In this document: in pieces, positions 1 to 10,390 of the stretch
Layout: every line of letters starts with the position of its first letter
Position numbering within the stretch: the stretch's first letter is position 1
Assembly: GCA_050012255.1 (NCBI GenBank)
Contig: JBEKHN010000007.1
Location: 45,005-109,004 of the forward strand
Direction: 5' to 3'
DNA: 64,000 nt
Origin: Candidatus Bathyarchaeia archaeon
GTDB lineage: Archaea; Thermoproteota; Bathyarchaeia; Bathyarchaeales; Bathycorpusculaceae
Program-made: the position numbers and the translations under genes
The notes under the pieces: model-generated
Told to the model about the DNA's origin: nothing
The model's database searches: none
The model's input: the letters and a program-made list of their open reading frames with translations, nothing else

Positions 1-1444
1 ATTGGATTTCAACAGTTTGAATGGAGGTGACAGGTATTGTGCCCAAATCGATAGTAAAGGTTCCGACAACTTCTAGCTTCTTGGATTGTCCGCCCTGAAC
101 CTCTTGTGCACCATAAGCAACTAAATTGTCTCTTCCGCTTTCGTAGCTAGCCTTGATCCACGCGTCGCTTCTTGCAACGTTGGAAATCCGCACTTCATCA
201 ATGATGCCGTTCAAATAGCCTCCTGAATAAAAACAATAAGCGAGGTAAAGAGGTGCTGAATTGTAAACGATGTTTCCAGTCACTGTGTGAGTTGAGCCCA
301 CTTGCTGAGCATCTACAATATCCGTAATCTTTGAGCCGTCATATGTAAAAGTCCAATAATACCATGTGTCTGTCTGGAAAGGATAATTCTCATCATTGGC
401 CCCTGTCCACCCATCGGCACCGTCTGTTCTCACCAAGTTTCTTATGGCGTGTGAGTTTATGAAGCCAATCTGCCACTGATTGTCCTTTCTTGCAATAACC
501 GTTTCGGTGGTTGGCAAAGAGCTGAGTTTTACCCATGCTTCGATCGTGAGTTGGCTGTTTGTGAAGTCGATGCTTGGGCTGTCCTGTAACTGAACTCTAC
601 CATTTGTCCCGTTAAACGCGTCCGCACCGTCTATTTCGCCGGAAACGCCCTGTGTTACCCCACCTTGGGGAACCCCAACGTTGCTGTTCGAAGTCGAATC
701 TTGATGAACGCCGCTGGACTCAGGCAGATGCAAGACAAGCCTAAAGTTGCTGTCCCACACGTTCATGGCAGCAGTTGAGGCTGCATCTCCCACATGCGCA
801 GTATTGTCAGCTTGATTCTTGTCGTAATACAAATACAGTAGAGTGTCTTGTGAACTGCTTATACTGGGAACTTTGGTCCACAGCCACGCTTCTCTGTTGG
901 TGGCATCCCATCTTTCAATCTCTACGAAGCACTGAGTTATGCCATCGTTTGTTGTGATTGCAATTTTCTTCCTGTTGTCGGCACTTTGCAACTCATCGAA
1001 CACGTAAGAAACGTCATTCCTGAACCTGCCAGAAGAATTGCTAAGGTATACCATTACCGGGAAATCGTTCAGCGGATTAACGATTTTACTGTGGTCAATT
1101 GTGATCCTAATTCGTTTGCTCCAGCCTCCTAGCCAACCTCCTCCAGAATAGCTTTCCCTGAACGTTTCGTAGTGACCATCAATGGCTTGAGTATCCACAT
1201 AGGACCCGCTTACGTGACTGCCAACATTAACGGCATATTCATTTTGAGCTACCGACCAGGAAGAACTGTCTGTTTTGGCTACGTTAACGATTTCAACATT
1301 TTCTTGCATTCTTTCCCAGTCGAATTGATTCATCTGGTAACTCCACAAGATCACGTTAGAAACAATGATCACGACTAGAACCAGGCTTAGCATGACGACT
1401 ATCACGTTGCTTATTCCATGCTTATCCAGTCTAAGGCGCTTCAT
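1..1444 (-). CDS. Pilin-like adhesin with class III signal peptide, DUF2341-like and LamG/ConA-like domains (runs off window start)
   Basis: Not in ORF track. Own translation from ATG 1444: MKRLRLDKHG|ISNVIVVMLSLVLVVIIV..., then WLGGWSKRIRITIDHSKI (DUF2341-like) and LTIEAWVK...NGIIDEVRISNVARS (LamG-like). Frame open to the window edge. Confidence 0.8.
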   Translation of the reverse strand, partial: MKRLRLDKHGISNVIVVMLSLVLVVIIVSNVILWSYQMNQFDWERMQENVEIVNVAKTDSSSWSVAQNEYAVNVGSHVSGSYVDTQAIDGHYETFRESYSGGGWLGGWSKRIRITIDHSKIVNPLNDFPVMVYLSNSSGRFRNDVSYVFDELQSADNRKKIAITTNDGITQCFVEIERWDATNREAWLWTKVPSISSSQDTLLYLYYDKNQADNTAHVGDAASTAAMNVWDSNFRLVLHLPESSGVHQDSTSNSNVGVPQGGVTQGVSGEIDGADAFNGTNGRVQLQDSPSIDFTNSQLTIEAWVKLSSLPTTETVIARKDNQWQIGFINSHAIRNLVRTDGADGWTGANDENYPFQTDTWYYWTFTYDGSKITDIVDAQQVGSTHTVTGNIVYNSAPLYLAYCFYSGGYLNGIIDEVRISNVARSDAWIKASYESGRDNLVAYGAQEVQGGQSKKLEVVGTFTIDLGTIPVTSIQTVEIQ

Positions 1445-1847
1445 AGTAAGCAACAACCTGTGTCCCCCTTGTGGTTAAAACATCAATGTAGTACAGGCTA
1501 TGTGGAACCCAATTTTGGGAAATGTTCAGCCACTGGTGTTCGCTGATTTCCAGCCTTAAAGGGTTGGTGAAAGATTGAGAGGCGTTGTTGACATAGACTG
1601 CAAGAATGTATACTGCAACCTTTCCAACATTTCGAACATAAATGTCAATATTATTGGTGTAATTGTTGAACCATACATCTTCCACGATTACGCGTTCACT
1701 CATGTTTTCACGCAGATTAGTCGTTATGACGTAAGTTGCTGATGTAGCAATCGCCATTGCAGCAACAGCGACGACTGTGAGCAAGAGATTGCTCAGAACA
1801 GGGGTTATACCCCGTTTATCGCTGAAGATCTTAAACAATCTCTGCAT
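1431..1847 (-). CDS. Archaeal type IV pilin-like protein
   Basis: Class III signal KRG|ITPVLSNLLLTVVAVAAMAIA; IYVRNVG motif; lies in pilus operon. Confidence 0.85.
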   Translation of the reverse strand: MQRLFKIFSDKRGITPVLSNLLLTVVAVAAMAIATSATYVITTNLRENMSERVIVEDVWFNNYTNNIDIYVRNVGKVAVYILAVYVNNASQSFTNPLRLEISEHQWLNISQNWVPHSLYYIDVLTTRGTQVVAYYEAP

Positions 1848-1857
1848 TTTCTTACCT

Positions 1858-2685
1858 CTACAAGAAGAGTTTCAATGCCAGGTAACCACAGATCATCAGT
1901 ATTAAGCAATGTTTCAACCCAGCGTTGATTGTCCCCTCCCCCATTTTTCCAGCTACAAGTCCTCCGAAAAAGGCTTGAACTAATGTCATGTGGAAGAACA
2001 TGCGCCTCATTTCTTCAGGCGCCATAAGCGCTGTTCCCAGCGTTGGCAACTGTTCTATGCTTACGAAGAACGACTTAAAGAGTAGCAGTATTGTGAAGAT
2101 GAAAACGAAGAAGGCCACGTAGACTATTGCTATGTAGGGTCTTGCTTGAATCTTGCGCTCCTTGTCGAGTAGAAGCGTTGTCTGTATGAATTTTCCCATC
2201 GGTTCAAAGACTTTTTCAACGTGTCCTCCAGAACGGCTTGCCTCGAGTATCATGGGCACTGTTCTTTGCACTAGTACTGTGCTGACACGTTTTCCCAGGG
2301 CCACAAGAGCATCTTCAAAACTCATTCCCCACGAGATTTGCGCGGTCATTTTTCTCAACTCTGCAGTAAGCGGTCCATAGTCTCTTTTTGCAGCTTCCTC
2401 TAAGGCTTGAGGAAGCGTCATGCCTGTTTCTTGCGCTTGAACTATTGTTCTGAACAGGTCTGGCAAGTGTTCATCTATGGCCTTTCTCCACATGTAATCA
2501 ACGTAGGTCAGGATTGCAGGAGGAAAGATGCCCACAGTGATCGCGAAGAACACTAACTCGTCCAATGTTGCGGTTCCCCAGAATACGAAAACGCCGAATG
2601 AAACTATGGCTATGGCTAGCGCAGCTGAGACTATCCATGTGATTTGCTTCACCTTTGTCCTTATTTTTGGCATTTTCACTACCAT
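1858..2685 (-). CDS. Type II secretion F / TadC-like pilus assembly membrane protein
   Basis: LPDLFRTI...GMTLPQAL...YGPLTAEL motif; several TM segments. Confidence 0.9.
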   Translation of the reverse strand: MVVKMPKIRTKVKQITWIVSAALAIAIVSFGVFVFWGTATLDELVFFAITVGIFPPAILTYVDYMWRKAIDEHLPDLFRTIVQAQETGMTLPQALEEAAKRDYGPLTAELRKMTAQISWGMSFEDALVALGKRVSTVLVQRTVPMILEASRSGGHVEKVFEPMGKFIQTTLLLDKERKIQARPYIAIVYVAFFVFIFTILLLFKSFFVSIEQLPTLGTALMAPEEMRRMFFHMTLVQAFFGGLVAGKMGEGTINAGLKHCLILMICGYLALKLFL

Positions 2686-3689
2686 TTCGGTGATGTCGCA
2701 TCAAGGATAATTAGGAATATTACAGAGCCTAACGGTATTCCTACGTACGTGAGCAGGCTCAGTAGGACGTCTGGGCTCAGGAATCCCAGGCTGCTATTAC
2801 CAAGCATGGCCATTACTGTCAACATGATGACTAGCATCAGGGGGCCTGTGAGAAGAACGGCCACGTAAAACTCTGACAACATTGACAAGGTGTCCGCATA
2901 TTTCTTGAGACCTATCCTCTTCAGCTTCATGTACTGCGCGGATTTTTCGCGCAGGTAACTCGCTAAATTGCCGCCAGAGTGAATCATCGAGATAAATCCT
3001 TCAATCATCTCGCGGAATCTTGCGGAAGGTGTTCGTTTCGAGGCGTCTTCGAGGGCAGAGATTATGTCGCAACCAAATAGGTTTACGTCTCTTACAACAT
3101 CTTTGGCCTGCGCGGAGACGGCTAGAGCAACGGGAAGATTTGCGAGAGAGCTGAAAATGTTCTCAGGAGAAACGCCTGCGCTTGTGAGGATCGCCATGTA
3201 CCCCGTCGTGAATGGTAGCTCGTCTTCTAACTGTCTTTTTGTAGCGTCTGCACGATAAATGGGGTAACCGTAGAATCCTATGGTTGTGAGGGCAATTGCT
3301 AGAAGGCTGCCACCTAGTCCGAACAGAATGGCTGGTATGAGGCTCACGTTGAGTAGAAAGAAGAGTAGGCATGGAACAGCAGTCAGGATTGCAAGGAAGA
3401 GCGAGATCGTGCAAAACACTGTTAGAGTGACGTAAGCTTTGAAGTTGACCTTCAGCCCTGATCTTTGCAAGTTTGTGTCAAGATCCTTGAAAAGCGGCAA
3501 GATACGTCCTGTCTTTTCTCCGAAGAGTTCGTAAGCTATCCTTTGGAGGCTGCCCAAGGTCAGCTTGACCTTTGCTTGCGGGGTATCGGATGTGTTACTG
3601 GGCACCTTGAAAGCAGAAGGTCTTAGTCTTGCTTTGAGCCAATTGAAAACTGTCTTGACTCTTTCTAAAAGAGTGTGTGTCGTTTTCAT
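2679..3689 (-). CDS. Type II secretion F / TadB-C-like pilus assembly membrane protein
   Basis: ELPFTTGYMAILTSAG...TPSARFREMIEG...SGGNL motif. Confidence 0.9.
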   Translation of the reverse strand: MKTTHTLLERVKTVFNWLKARLRPSAFKVPSNTSDTPQAKVKLTLGSLQRIAYELFGEKTGRILPLFKDLDTNLQRSGLKVNFKAYVTLTVFCTISLFLAILTAVPCLLFFLLNVSLIPAILFGLGGSLLAIALTTIGFYGYPIYRADATKRQLEDELPFTTGYMAILTSAGVSPENIFSSLANLPVALAVSAQAKDVVRDVNLFGCDIISALEDASKRTPSARFREMIEGFISMIHSGGNLASYLREKSAQYMKLKRIGLKKYADTLSMLSEFYVAVLLTGPLMLVIMLTVMAMLGNSSLGFLSPDVLLSLLTYVGIPLGSVIFLIILDATSPKW

Positions 3690-5254
3690 TTGAGGCCAAC
3701 TCTGGCTTTTTGGAAAACCCTCTCTGGATTAGCGTAATACTCTCTGATTATGTTTGCAACGTCGGTGTATCGTCGAATGCCTTCACGGGTCGCCCAGTCC
3801 AGAACCATCTGTCTTCGGTTCAGCTCGCGCTTAACATCTTCTTGATTGATGCCCAACTTGTTCATGTGTCTCTCTAGAAGGACGCTGTTGCCGAGAGACG
3901 AGAACTTATCAAACTTGGGATTCCAACTGAACATCTCTTTCGTTGAAATATTGCTTTTTTCAGGGTTCAGTTCAACGACTTCTGCGGTTGCGCTAGCTCT
4001 TCTTGCTGGTCTTCCGTCAATCTCTGTTCTGGTCATGACCATGATCACGCTTGTCATTGCAATAAGCGGTTTCGGAATGTTCATCGGTTCAGATTCAAGC
4101 CGGTTTATGGCAGCTTCAACCGATTCTGCATGTATTGTAGACATTCCCAGGTGTCCTGTTGCCATCGCTTGAAAAAGGGTGTATGCCTCGTCTCCACGAA
4201 CCTCGCCCACGATAATGTAGTCGGGTCTCTGTCTAACAGCAGCTTTCAGGAGATCGAACATGGTTATCGTACCGCTTCTCTTATCTTCATGTCCAAAGCC
4301 TAACCTTACAACTGATGGTATCCAATTTTCGTGTGGGAGATTGAGTTCTTGCGTGTCTTCCACACTCACTACTTTCATTTCAGGTTTTATGAACATTGAC
4401 AGACAATTGAGCATGGTTGTTTTTCCAGAGGCCACACCGCCCGCCACGAGCACTGAGGCTCTGTTTTCTATTATGTACCACAGGTATGCAGCCATTTCCG
4501 AAGAAATGGTATTGAACGCGATTAGGTCTGAGATTGTCAACGGGTCTACCCTGAAGCGGCGAATAGTGAACGTTGACCCTCTTCTTGTGACCTCTTTCCC
4601 ATACGTTAGCTGAATTCGGCTGCCGTCTGGAAGCGAAGCGTCTAGCATTGGTGATGCTATGGAAACGTTCTTCCTAGATAGGTATGCCAGACGAACTATG
4701 AATGAGTCCAGTTCTGATTCTTCTTTGAATATGATGTTTGTTGGTATTGATTCATACATTCTGTGCCAGACATAGATCGGTATGTTCACGCCGTCCGCGG
4801 ATATGTCTTCAATGAGATGGTCCTTCATTAAGGGGTCAATTCTTCCATAGCCTATGAAGTCCCTTACGACGTAGTAAACTAGCTTGTCGACCGCTTCTGG
4901 CACGATCTTCATTCTGTACTTCTTTACTATTCCCTTTGTCCTTTCTCTAAGGTAATCTTCTGCTTTGTCTTTAGTTTCTATTTCATTCGAGTTTACGTCA
5001 ACTTCCTGCATCAAGAAGCTCTTCAGCTCTTTCAGTTGTTTCTCTTCTTCTTCTTGAAGTGTTGGCTCTATGATTTCGTAACGCACTTTCTGAGTTTCTG
5101 GGTCTTTGATTATTGCCGCGTACACGTATGGTTCTTGTATTGGATAGGCCTCTCTAAAGACAGCCAGCTTCTTTGCTTGGCCCTCTATGATGACGCCTGG
5201 CGACGCTTCCTCTCGACTGTTTGAGGGCTTTGCCTGTTCTGTCGTAGTTTTCAC
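3686..5254 (-). CDS. Type II/IV secretion (VirB11/TadA/FlaI-like) ATPase
   Basis: Walker A GGVASGKTT, VEDTQEL, RQRPDYIIVGEVRG. Probable start GTG 5254 (ORF extends to 5344). Confidence 0.93.
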   Translation of the reverse strand: MKTTTEQAKPSNSREEASPGVIIEGQAKKLAVFREAYPIQEPYVYAAIIKDPETQKVRYEIIEPTLQEEEEKQLKELKSFLMQEVDVNSNEIETKDKAEDYLRERTKGIVKKYRMKIVPEAVDKLVYYVVRDFIGYGRIDPLMKDHLIEDISADGVNIPIYVWHRMYESIPTNIIFKEESELDSFIVRLAYLSRKNVSIASPMLDASLPDGSRIQLTYGKEVTRRGSTFTIRRFRVDPLTISDLIAFNTISSEMAAYLWYIIENRASVLVAGGVASGKTTMLNCLSMFIKPEMKVVSVEDTQELNLPHENWIPSVVRLGFGHEDKRSGTITMFDLLKAAVRQRPDYIIVGEVRGDEAYTLFQAMATGHLGMSTIHAESVEAAINRLESEPMNIPKPLIAMTSVIMVMTRTEIDGRPARRASATAEVVELNPEKSNISTKEMFSWNPKFDKFSSLGNSVLLERHMNKLGINQEDVKRELNRRQMVLDWATREGIRRYTDVANIIREYYANPERVFQKARVGLK

Positions 5255-5402
5255 TGCCCTTTTGGGTTTACAGTCTATAGTGGTGTTGAATATATATTGT
5301 GTAGTGAGTCTTAATAAGTTATATGCACGCCCAATCCTTAGCACACTTATCGCAGGTCAACCTTAATAGAAGCAGAGCGCACGTGTTGTTTTAGGGCTTC
5401 GG

Positions 5403-5726
5403 ATGACTGGGGTCACAGAAGACGCCGAGCGCGTGCGAAGACCAAAGTTGCCAAAGCGAAGATTGCTCAGAAGGCAGAGAAAGAGGCTCAAGTGTGCCCA
5501 TGACGGTGGACAAGAGATCAAGCCAAAGCGGACTGGTTACAAGCGAGGCATGTTGTTTTGTCCGCAGTGTGGTTCAACGAATCTCTTCTGGGCTTCTGGC
5601 CTGCCGCATCTTTGGTCCATCTGGGAATGCAAGAACTGTGGATATCGCGGAGCTTTCATTGTCAGAAATGGCAAGCTTGCAGAGAAAGTCAGAGAGAACT
5701 ATGGGAAAAGGACCGCAAAAGAATAG
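5403..5726 (+). CDS. Small zinc-ribbon protein (start uncertain; core from ATG 5550)
   Basis: FCPQCGS...WECKNCGYRG CxxC pairs. Confidence 0.65.
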   Translation: MTGVTEDAERVRRPKLPKRRLLRRQRKRLKCAHDGGQEIKPKRTGYKRGMLFCPQCGSTNLFWASGLPHLWSIWECKNCGYRGAFIVRNGKLAEKVRENYGKRTAKE

Positions 5727-5871
5727 AGCTTACTGTGCTTTGATGCGAGGTTTCGAGTTTTTGTTCTGTTGTTGTGTGTCTGCGCTTCAGGTCTTCCTCG
5801 GTTCGTCTAAGCCGACGGCGCCCTCTCCTCTGCTGCTGCTGACCGTTTCGATTGGCTAATCGAAACACCCT

Positions 5872-6699
5872 TCACGCAAGAGTTAAGATTGAAAGCTTTG
5901 TGGCTCCAAGAGTTCTTCTTAGGAGGTCGTATACTGATGGAATTCCTACGAATAAGCGAACGTAGACTGCTGATACCAAAATTATGATCGTTAAGATTAT
6001 GAGGATGAAATCGCCCCTGTGCATTCTGAGCACGTAAAGGTTGGTGCGGTTTTTTGTGGCTCCCCAAGCGCGGGATTCCATGGCTTCGGCTAATTCCAAG
6101 CTTCTACGGATCGCGCTTACGATCAGCGGTATGAGGATCGGAATGTAGTTTCTGATCCTTTTTAGAAAGTTTCCGCGTTCAAGCTCCAGTCCTCTTGCTT
6201 TTTGGGCGTCCATGATTGTCTGTGCCTCCTCAGCCAGCACTGGGACAAAGCGTACTGCGGTTGTGAAGGCGAAGACGAACTCGTAAGGCACGTGTGTCTG
6301 TTCCAACGCTAGACCCAGGTGGTCAGGCGAGGTCGTCAGGAAGAAGACTGAGAATGACTCAACAAGCACTATGAAGCGGAGAGTCAGGGCTATGGCCCCT
6401 TCGGCGTTTTTAGGTGTGACTGTGTAGCCGGCTCCGATGAATGAGAAGATGAAGTTTGTGAGGAAAATCACGATGGCCAAGAAGGCTGCTCCGCGCATTG
6501 AGCGCAGCCACTCGCGTCTGACGCCTGCAAGAATTACGAATGGGACCTGGATCAGGAAGAGCACGATTAGAGGTAGCAGTTCCCAAAAGATGATCGCGGC
6601 GACGAAGATTGCGCAGACGTAGAGAAACTTTATCCTCGGGTCTAGGCTGTGGATGGGTGAGTAGATTTTTCGAAACTTGAGTCCGGTGAAAACGCTCAT
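5872..6699 (-). CDS. ecfT: ECF transporter transmembrane T component
   Basis: LDPRIK, AQKARG and AMESRA motifs. Confidence 0.93.
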   Translation of the reverse strand: MSVFTGLKFRKIYSPIHSLDPRIKFLYVCAIFVAAIIFWELLPLIVLFLIQVPFVILAGVRREWLRSMRGAAFLAIVIFLTNFIFSFIGAGYTVTPKNAEGAIALTLRFIVLVESFSVFFLTTSPDHLGLALEQTHVPYEFVFAFTTAVRFVPVLAEEAQTIMDAQKARGLELERGNFLKRIRNYIPILIPLIVSAIRRSLELAEAMESRAWGATKNRTNLYVLRMHRGDFILIILTIIILVSAVYVRLFVGIPSVYDLLRRTLGATKLSILTLA

Positions 6700-7520
6700 G
6701 TTGCGCGTTTCTCCAGAATCCGAAGGAGGATTCTCTGCGCCTCGTAGACGTCGATCACGTTCTTCGGAAGGCCTAGACCAGGCAGGTCCAAGAAAATTTG
6801 AGCTATTTGCGGTGGCACGATTGATGCTCGTTCCAAGGTTTGCGCATCGGTCAGGATTTTTCCAGCCTCTCCGTCAGCGATGATTTTTCCGTCCAGCATC
6901 AGCACGACTCTTGGGTTGCATTCAGCCACAAACTCGACATCATGCGTAACGATGATCGTTGTTTTCTTCTGAGTTTTCATTTGCAGGATGAACTGTCTCA
7001 GTTTCTCCTTCTGCTCATAATCCTGTCCTATCGTTGGTTCGTCTAGTATCAGCGTTTCAGGGTCCCAGGCTAACACTGAGGCCAAGGCCACACGTTTTCT
7101 TTCTCCGCCGCTGAGCATGAAGGGTGAGGTTTTTCTGTACTGGGTTAGGCCTAGAAGGTTAAGGGCCCAAGTTATCCGTTTTTCAGTTATGTTTTCGTCA
7201 AACCCGAAATTTCTCAATGCGAAGGCGATTTCTTCTTCCACTGTTTCACTGAAGAGCTGATGATCTGGGTTTTGGAAGACGAAGCCGACGTTTCGAGATA
7301 GCTTTGCCACGCTTGTTTTTGCAGTGTCAACGCTATCAACGAGCACACTTCCTTGACTTGGTTTGAGTAAGCCGTTGAAATGCTTCACAAGTGTCGTCTT
7401 GCCAGCGCCGTTCTGCCCCATGATTGCCAAAAAATCGCCGTTTTCAATCTTTAAAGATACGCCTTTCAATGCTTCCACGCCGTTTGGGTACGTGAAATGG
7501 ATGTCGTTCACTTCGATCAT
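6696..7520 (-). CDS. ecfA2: ECF transporter ATPase
   Basis: GQNGAGKTT, FQNPDHQLF, LSGGE, LDEPT. Confidence 0.92.
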   Translation of the reverse strand: MIEVNDIHFTYPNGVEALKGVSLKIENGDFLAIMGQNGAGKTTLVKHFNGLLKPSQGSVLVDSVDTAKTSVAKLSRNVGFVFQNPDHQLFSETVEEEIAFALRNFGFDENITEKRITWALNLLGLTQYRKTSPFMLSGGERKRVALASVLAWDPETLILDEPTIGQDYEQKEKLRQFILQMKTQKKTTIIVTHDVEFVAECNPRVVLMLDGKIIADGEAGKILTDAQTLERASIVPPQIAQIFLDLPGLGLPKNVIDVYEAQRILLRILEKRAT

Positions 7521-8368
7521 CCGATTTTGAGAGCCTCCAGGAGCATCGTTGCCATTTCTTCCGAAGACAGCGGAAGTGTGCCGCCCAGTTTCACTCCGGC
7601 CTTTCGTAGCATCTCATAGAGACGCGTTGCTTTTGGAATTCCAACTCCGATCAGACGTGTTTCTTCTGACTGCAGAATATCGTGAGGGTCGCCGTCGGAG
7701 ACGACCTTTCCCTCGTTCATTATGATTATGTGGTTCGCAAACCTGGCTGTCAAATCTAGCCTGTGTTCCACCAGCACCACTGTTATTCCCAGAGTTCTGT
7801 TCAGCTGGTGGATCGTCTCGAATATTCTTCTTGCGCTCAAGGGGTCGAGGAAGGAGGTTGGTTCATCCAGCACTATCACTTCAGGCTGCATCGCAAGGAC
7901 GGAGGCTATCGCAACGCGTTGTTGCTGTCCGCCTGAAAGCTCGTGCGGAGCTCTCTCCCTCAGATCGTAGATCCCTGTTAACTCGAGGGCCCAGTCCACT
8001 TTTTTGCGCATTTCTTCCCTTGGGACTCCTAGGTTTTCAAGCCCGAACGCCACGTCTTTTTCGACGGAAAGCGCGAAGAGCTGGTTCTCCGGGTTTTGGA
8101 AGACAAGCCCTGCGTGTTTAGCTAGCTCATAGATCTGGTGGTCAGCAACGTTCAGGCCAGCGAGAAAGACCTGGCCTTTGATTTCGCCTTGGTAGAAGTG
8201 AGGGATTAGGCCGTTGAAGCATCGGCAGAGGGTTGTTTTTCCGCAGCCGCTTGGGCCGGTGATCAGTGTGAACTCGCCTTTCTCTATTTTTATGGAAATG
8301 TCTTCGATGGAGTGTCTTGTTGCGCCTGGGTAGGTGTAAGTAAGTTCTTTTGTTTCGATGAGGGCCAT
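7517..8368 (-). CDS. ecfA1: ECF transporter ATPase
   Basis: GPSGCGKTT, FQNPENQLF, LSGGQQQR. ORF extends to 8410. Confidence 0.92.
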   Translation of the reverse strand: MALIETKELTYTYPGATRHSIEDISIKIEKGEFTLITGPSGCGKTTLCRCFNGLIPHFYQGEIKGQVFLAGLNVADHQIYELAKHAGLVFQNPENQLFALSVEKDVAFGLENLGVPREEMRKKVDWALELTGIYDLRERAPHELSGGQQQRVAIASVLAMQPEVIVLDEPTSFLDPLSARRIFETIHQLNRTLGITVVLVEHRLDLTARFANHIIIMNEGKVVSDGDPHDILQSEETRLIGVGIPKATRLYEMLRKAGVKLGGTLPLSSEEMATMLLEALKIG

Positions 8369-8424
8369 AGAACCGGTGCCTGCCTGTCTTGAAGCGGGTT
8401 TTCGGCTCATTTAAGAGTAGCTAC

Positions 8425-9420
8425 TTAATTGTGGCTACCCAGCCTTTCCTTAAGAAGGGAAAAGCACCATTTAAGCCCGATCTCTATGTCTCCCTCACCG
8501 TTTACTCCAGCGGCCGTGGCGTGTCCTCCGCCCATGCCGTGGAGGTGTTCGCCCAGCGGTTTCGCTATGTCTCTTCCCAAGTGTATGTTGGTCTGTTTGT
8601 GGAACTCAAGGGAGCTACGTAGGCTGATTTCGATCTTGCCGTTTTTTGTTCCCGCGACGGCTGCGACGTGGGCGCCCAGTTCGATGAGGGCTCGGGCTGC
8701 TGAGGCTTCGTAGGCGCTGACGTGGGAGAGGGCTATTATCCATTCGTTGATCTTGAAGAGTTTGGTTCTTCGCGAGGCCTTGAGTCTCGCTACTCGTTCG
8801 GAGAAGTCCATCGGCAGAGAGAGCATCGCTATGGTTTCCTGCGCGTTCACGCCGGCGTCGATGAGTTCTGCGATGTTTTTCAGTGTCGTCGAGCTGGCTA
8901 GGACGAAGTGCCGCGTGTCGAATGTTATGCCTAGGAACAGTGCTTTGGCTTCGGTTTCGCCGAGCTTTGCGCCCGTTTCCTTGTAGAAGTTGTAGACGAT
9001 TTCGCATGTTGATGATGATTCTTCGTTGATTATACAGATTCTTGCGAGGCTTTCTGTTTCGGGGTGGCTTGCGTGATGATCGATCACTATGATTGGCGCT
9101 TTTGAGCCTTTCACTTTTTCGGAGAGGCTGTCCAACTGCTGGATCGTGTTGGTGTCGAGCAGCACGATTACGTCTGCTTTCTCGACGCTGGGTTGTGGTT
9201 TAACGTTTATGGGCAAGTATTGTAGAAGATGTTTTGAGAGTCTGCTTATTCCTTGGGCGGCTCCGACCTCAATCTCTGTTTGCGGGCACGTCTGTTTGAG
9301 CAGGCTTGCGAAGGCGTACGAGGAGCAGATTGCGTCCGGGTCAGCGTTGTGGTGGCACAGAAGGACGACTAGTCTTGCATCCAGTGTTTCGAATAGTTTG
9401 GCTATTTCCGCGTATGGCAA
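8425..9420 (-). CDS. DHH/DHHA1 family phosphoesterase
   Basis: HHNADPDA, LLDT, IDHH and GGGHATAAG motifs. Confidence 0.9.
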   Translation of the reverse strand: MPYAEIAKLFETLDARLVVLLCHHNADPDAICSSYAFASLLKQTCPQTEIEVGAAQGISRLSKHLLQYLPINVKPQPSVEKADVIVLLDTNTIQQLDSLSEKVKGSKAPIIVIDHHASHPETESLARICIINEESSSTCEIVYNFYKETGAKLGETEAKALFLGITFDTRHFVLASSTTLKNIAELIDAGVNAQETIAMLSLPMDFSERVARLKASRRTKLFKINEWIIALSHVSAYEASAARALIELGAHVAAVAGTKNGKIEISLRSSLEFHKQTNIHLGRDIAKPLGEHLHGMGGGHATAAGVNGEGDIEIGLKWCFSLLKERLGSHN

Positions 9421-9704
9421 GCCAGTTCCCTCAGGTATTTTTCAGCCGAGGCGAATGCTTCTCTCACGGCTTCGTCAGCGAGTTTTTGTACGTCAAGACT
9501 TTCTGCGCGTGTTGACAGCTGGATGTCTACGTCGACAGCTAGTCTCAGGGGTTTTGTGCGGTCTGCTTCAGCGCTTATGTTCAGGGTTTCTATCAATTTT
9601 GATGGGACCCGTCTTAAAACGTGCTTCCTCGCTACTTCTTCCGCGGTCGAGCACAGTTGCTCGACCTGTTCGCTGGTTAAGTCTGGCAGGCCGAGCCCTT
9701 CCAC
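9402..9704 (-). CDS. DUF3194-like conserved archaeal protein
   Basis: GLPDLTSEQVEQLC N-terminus; typical position downstream of prefoldin beta. Confidence 0.7.
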   Translation of the reverse strand: MEGLGLPDLTSEQVEQLCSTAEEVARKHVLRRVPSKLIETLNISAEADRTKPLRLAVDVDIQLSTRAESLDVQKLADEAVREAFASAEKYLRELACHTRK

Positions 9705-9724
9705 GTTTTCACCCGTTTTTGCGG

Positions 9725-10093
9725 CTAGGCGGGTGGGGAAATGGGGTTCAGGTCTTGTTGAAGCTTGGTTTGGACGTCTTTCAGTTGACCTCGTAAGCGC
9801 TCTTCCTGCTTTCCGAGGACTGTTACTCGCGTTTTGAGCAGTTCTTTTCGTTCGTTCAGGTCTGTTGTTACCCTGGTTTTTTCAGATTTAACTAGAAGTG
9901 AGCCTGTTGCCTTGTAAATGACTGCGTCGTCGGTCAGTTTTTGCAGTTCATTCAAGGCTTGGTCGATCTCCATCAGTTCCAGTTCCACTTGCTGCTTCTG
10001 CCCCAGGACTGATTGGAGCGTTTGTTGAAGCTGCTGAAGTCTCAGCAGACGCTCTTGAACTTGGAGCGGAAGCGTTGACTCTTCATCACTCAC
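9725..10093 (-). CDS. pfdB: Prefoldin beta subunit
   Basis: Coiled coils flanking the VIYKATGSLLVK hairpin. Confidence 0.92.
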   Translation of the reverse strand: MSDEESTLPLQVQERLLRLQQLQQTLQSVLGQKQQVELELMEIDQALNELQKLTDDAVIYKATGSLLVKSEKTRVTTDLNERKELLKTRVTVLGKQEERLRGQLKDVQTKLQQDLNPISPPA

Positions 10094-10211
10094 CTTTATT
10101 CCTTCGATCTGGACTGCAATAAGCCGAGCTGTTAATTAACATTTTCTCAGCGTTCCATGAAGCAGCGCTGTCATTGCTGTTGCCCGTGTTCGCGTTTTAG
10201 CGGAAGGCTTA

Positions 10212-10390
10212 ACATCCCTGTATTCGCGTTTTCACCTCGTCTATTTCACCCTCCCCCCTAGGGTGTTAGTACTGCAGACGGTCGTTGGTGAGGGCCTTTC
10301 TGACTTTGTGCGGGCTGGAAAGCGGGCGCGTGATGAGGGCTGGGCAGAAGGTTTTGGTTAGGGCTTAGAAACCGTTCGGTGCGCTCTACA
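10212..10390. repeat. Dispersed intergenic repeat, copy A
   Basis: ACATCCCTGTATTCGCGTTTTCACCTCGTCTATTTCACCCTCCCCCCTAGGGTGTTAGTACTGCAG... aligns over about 180 bp with 46903-47082. Confidence 0.9.
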
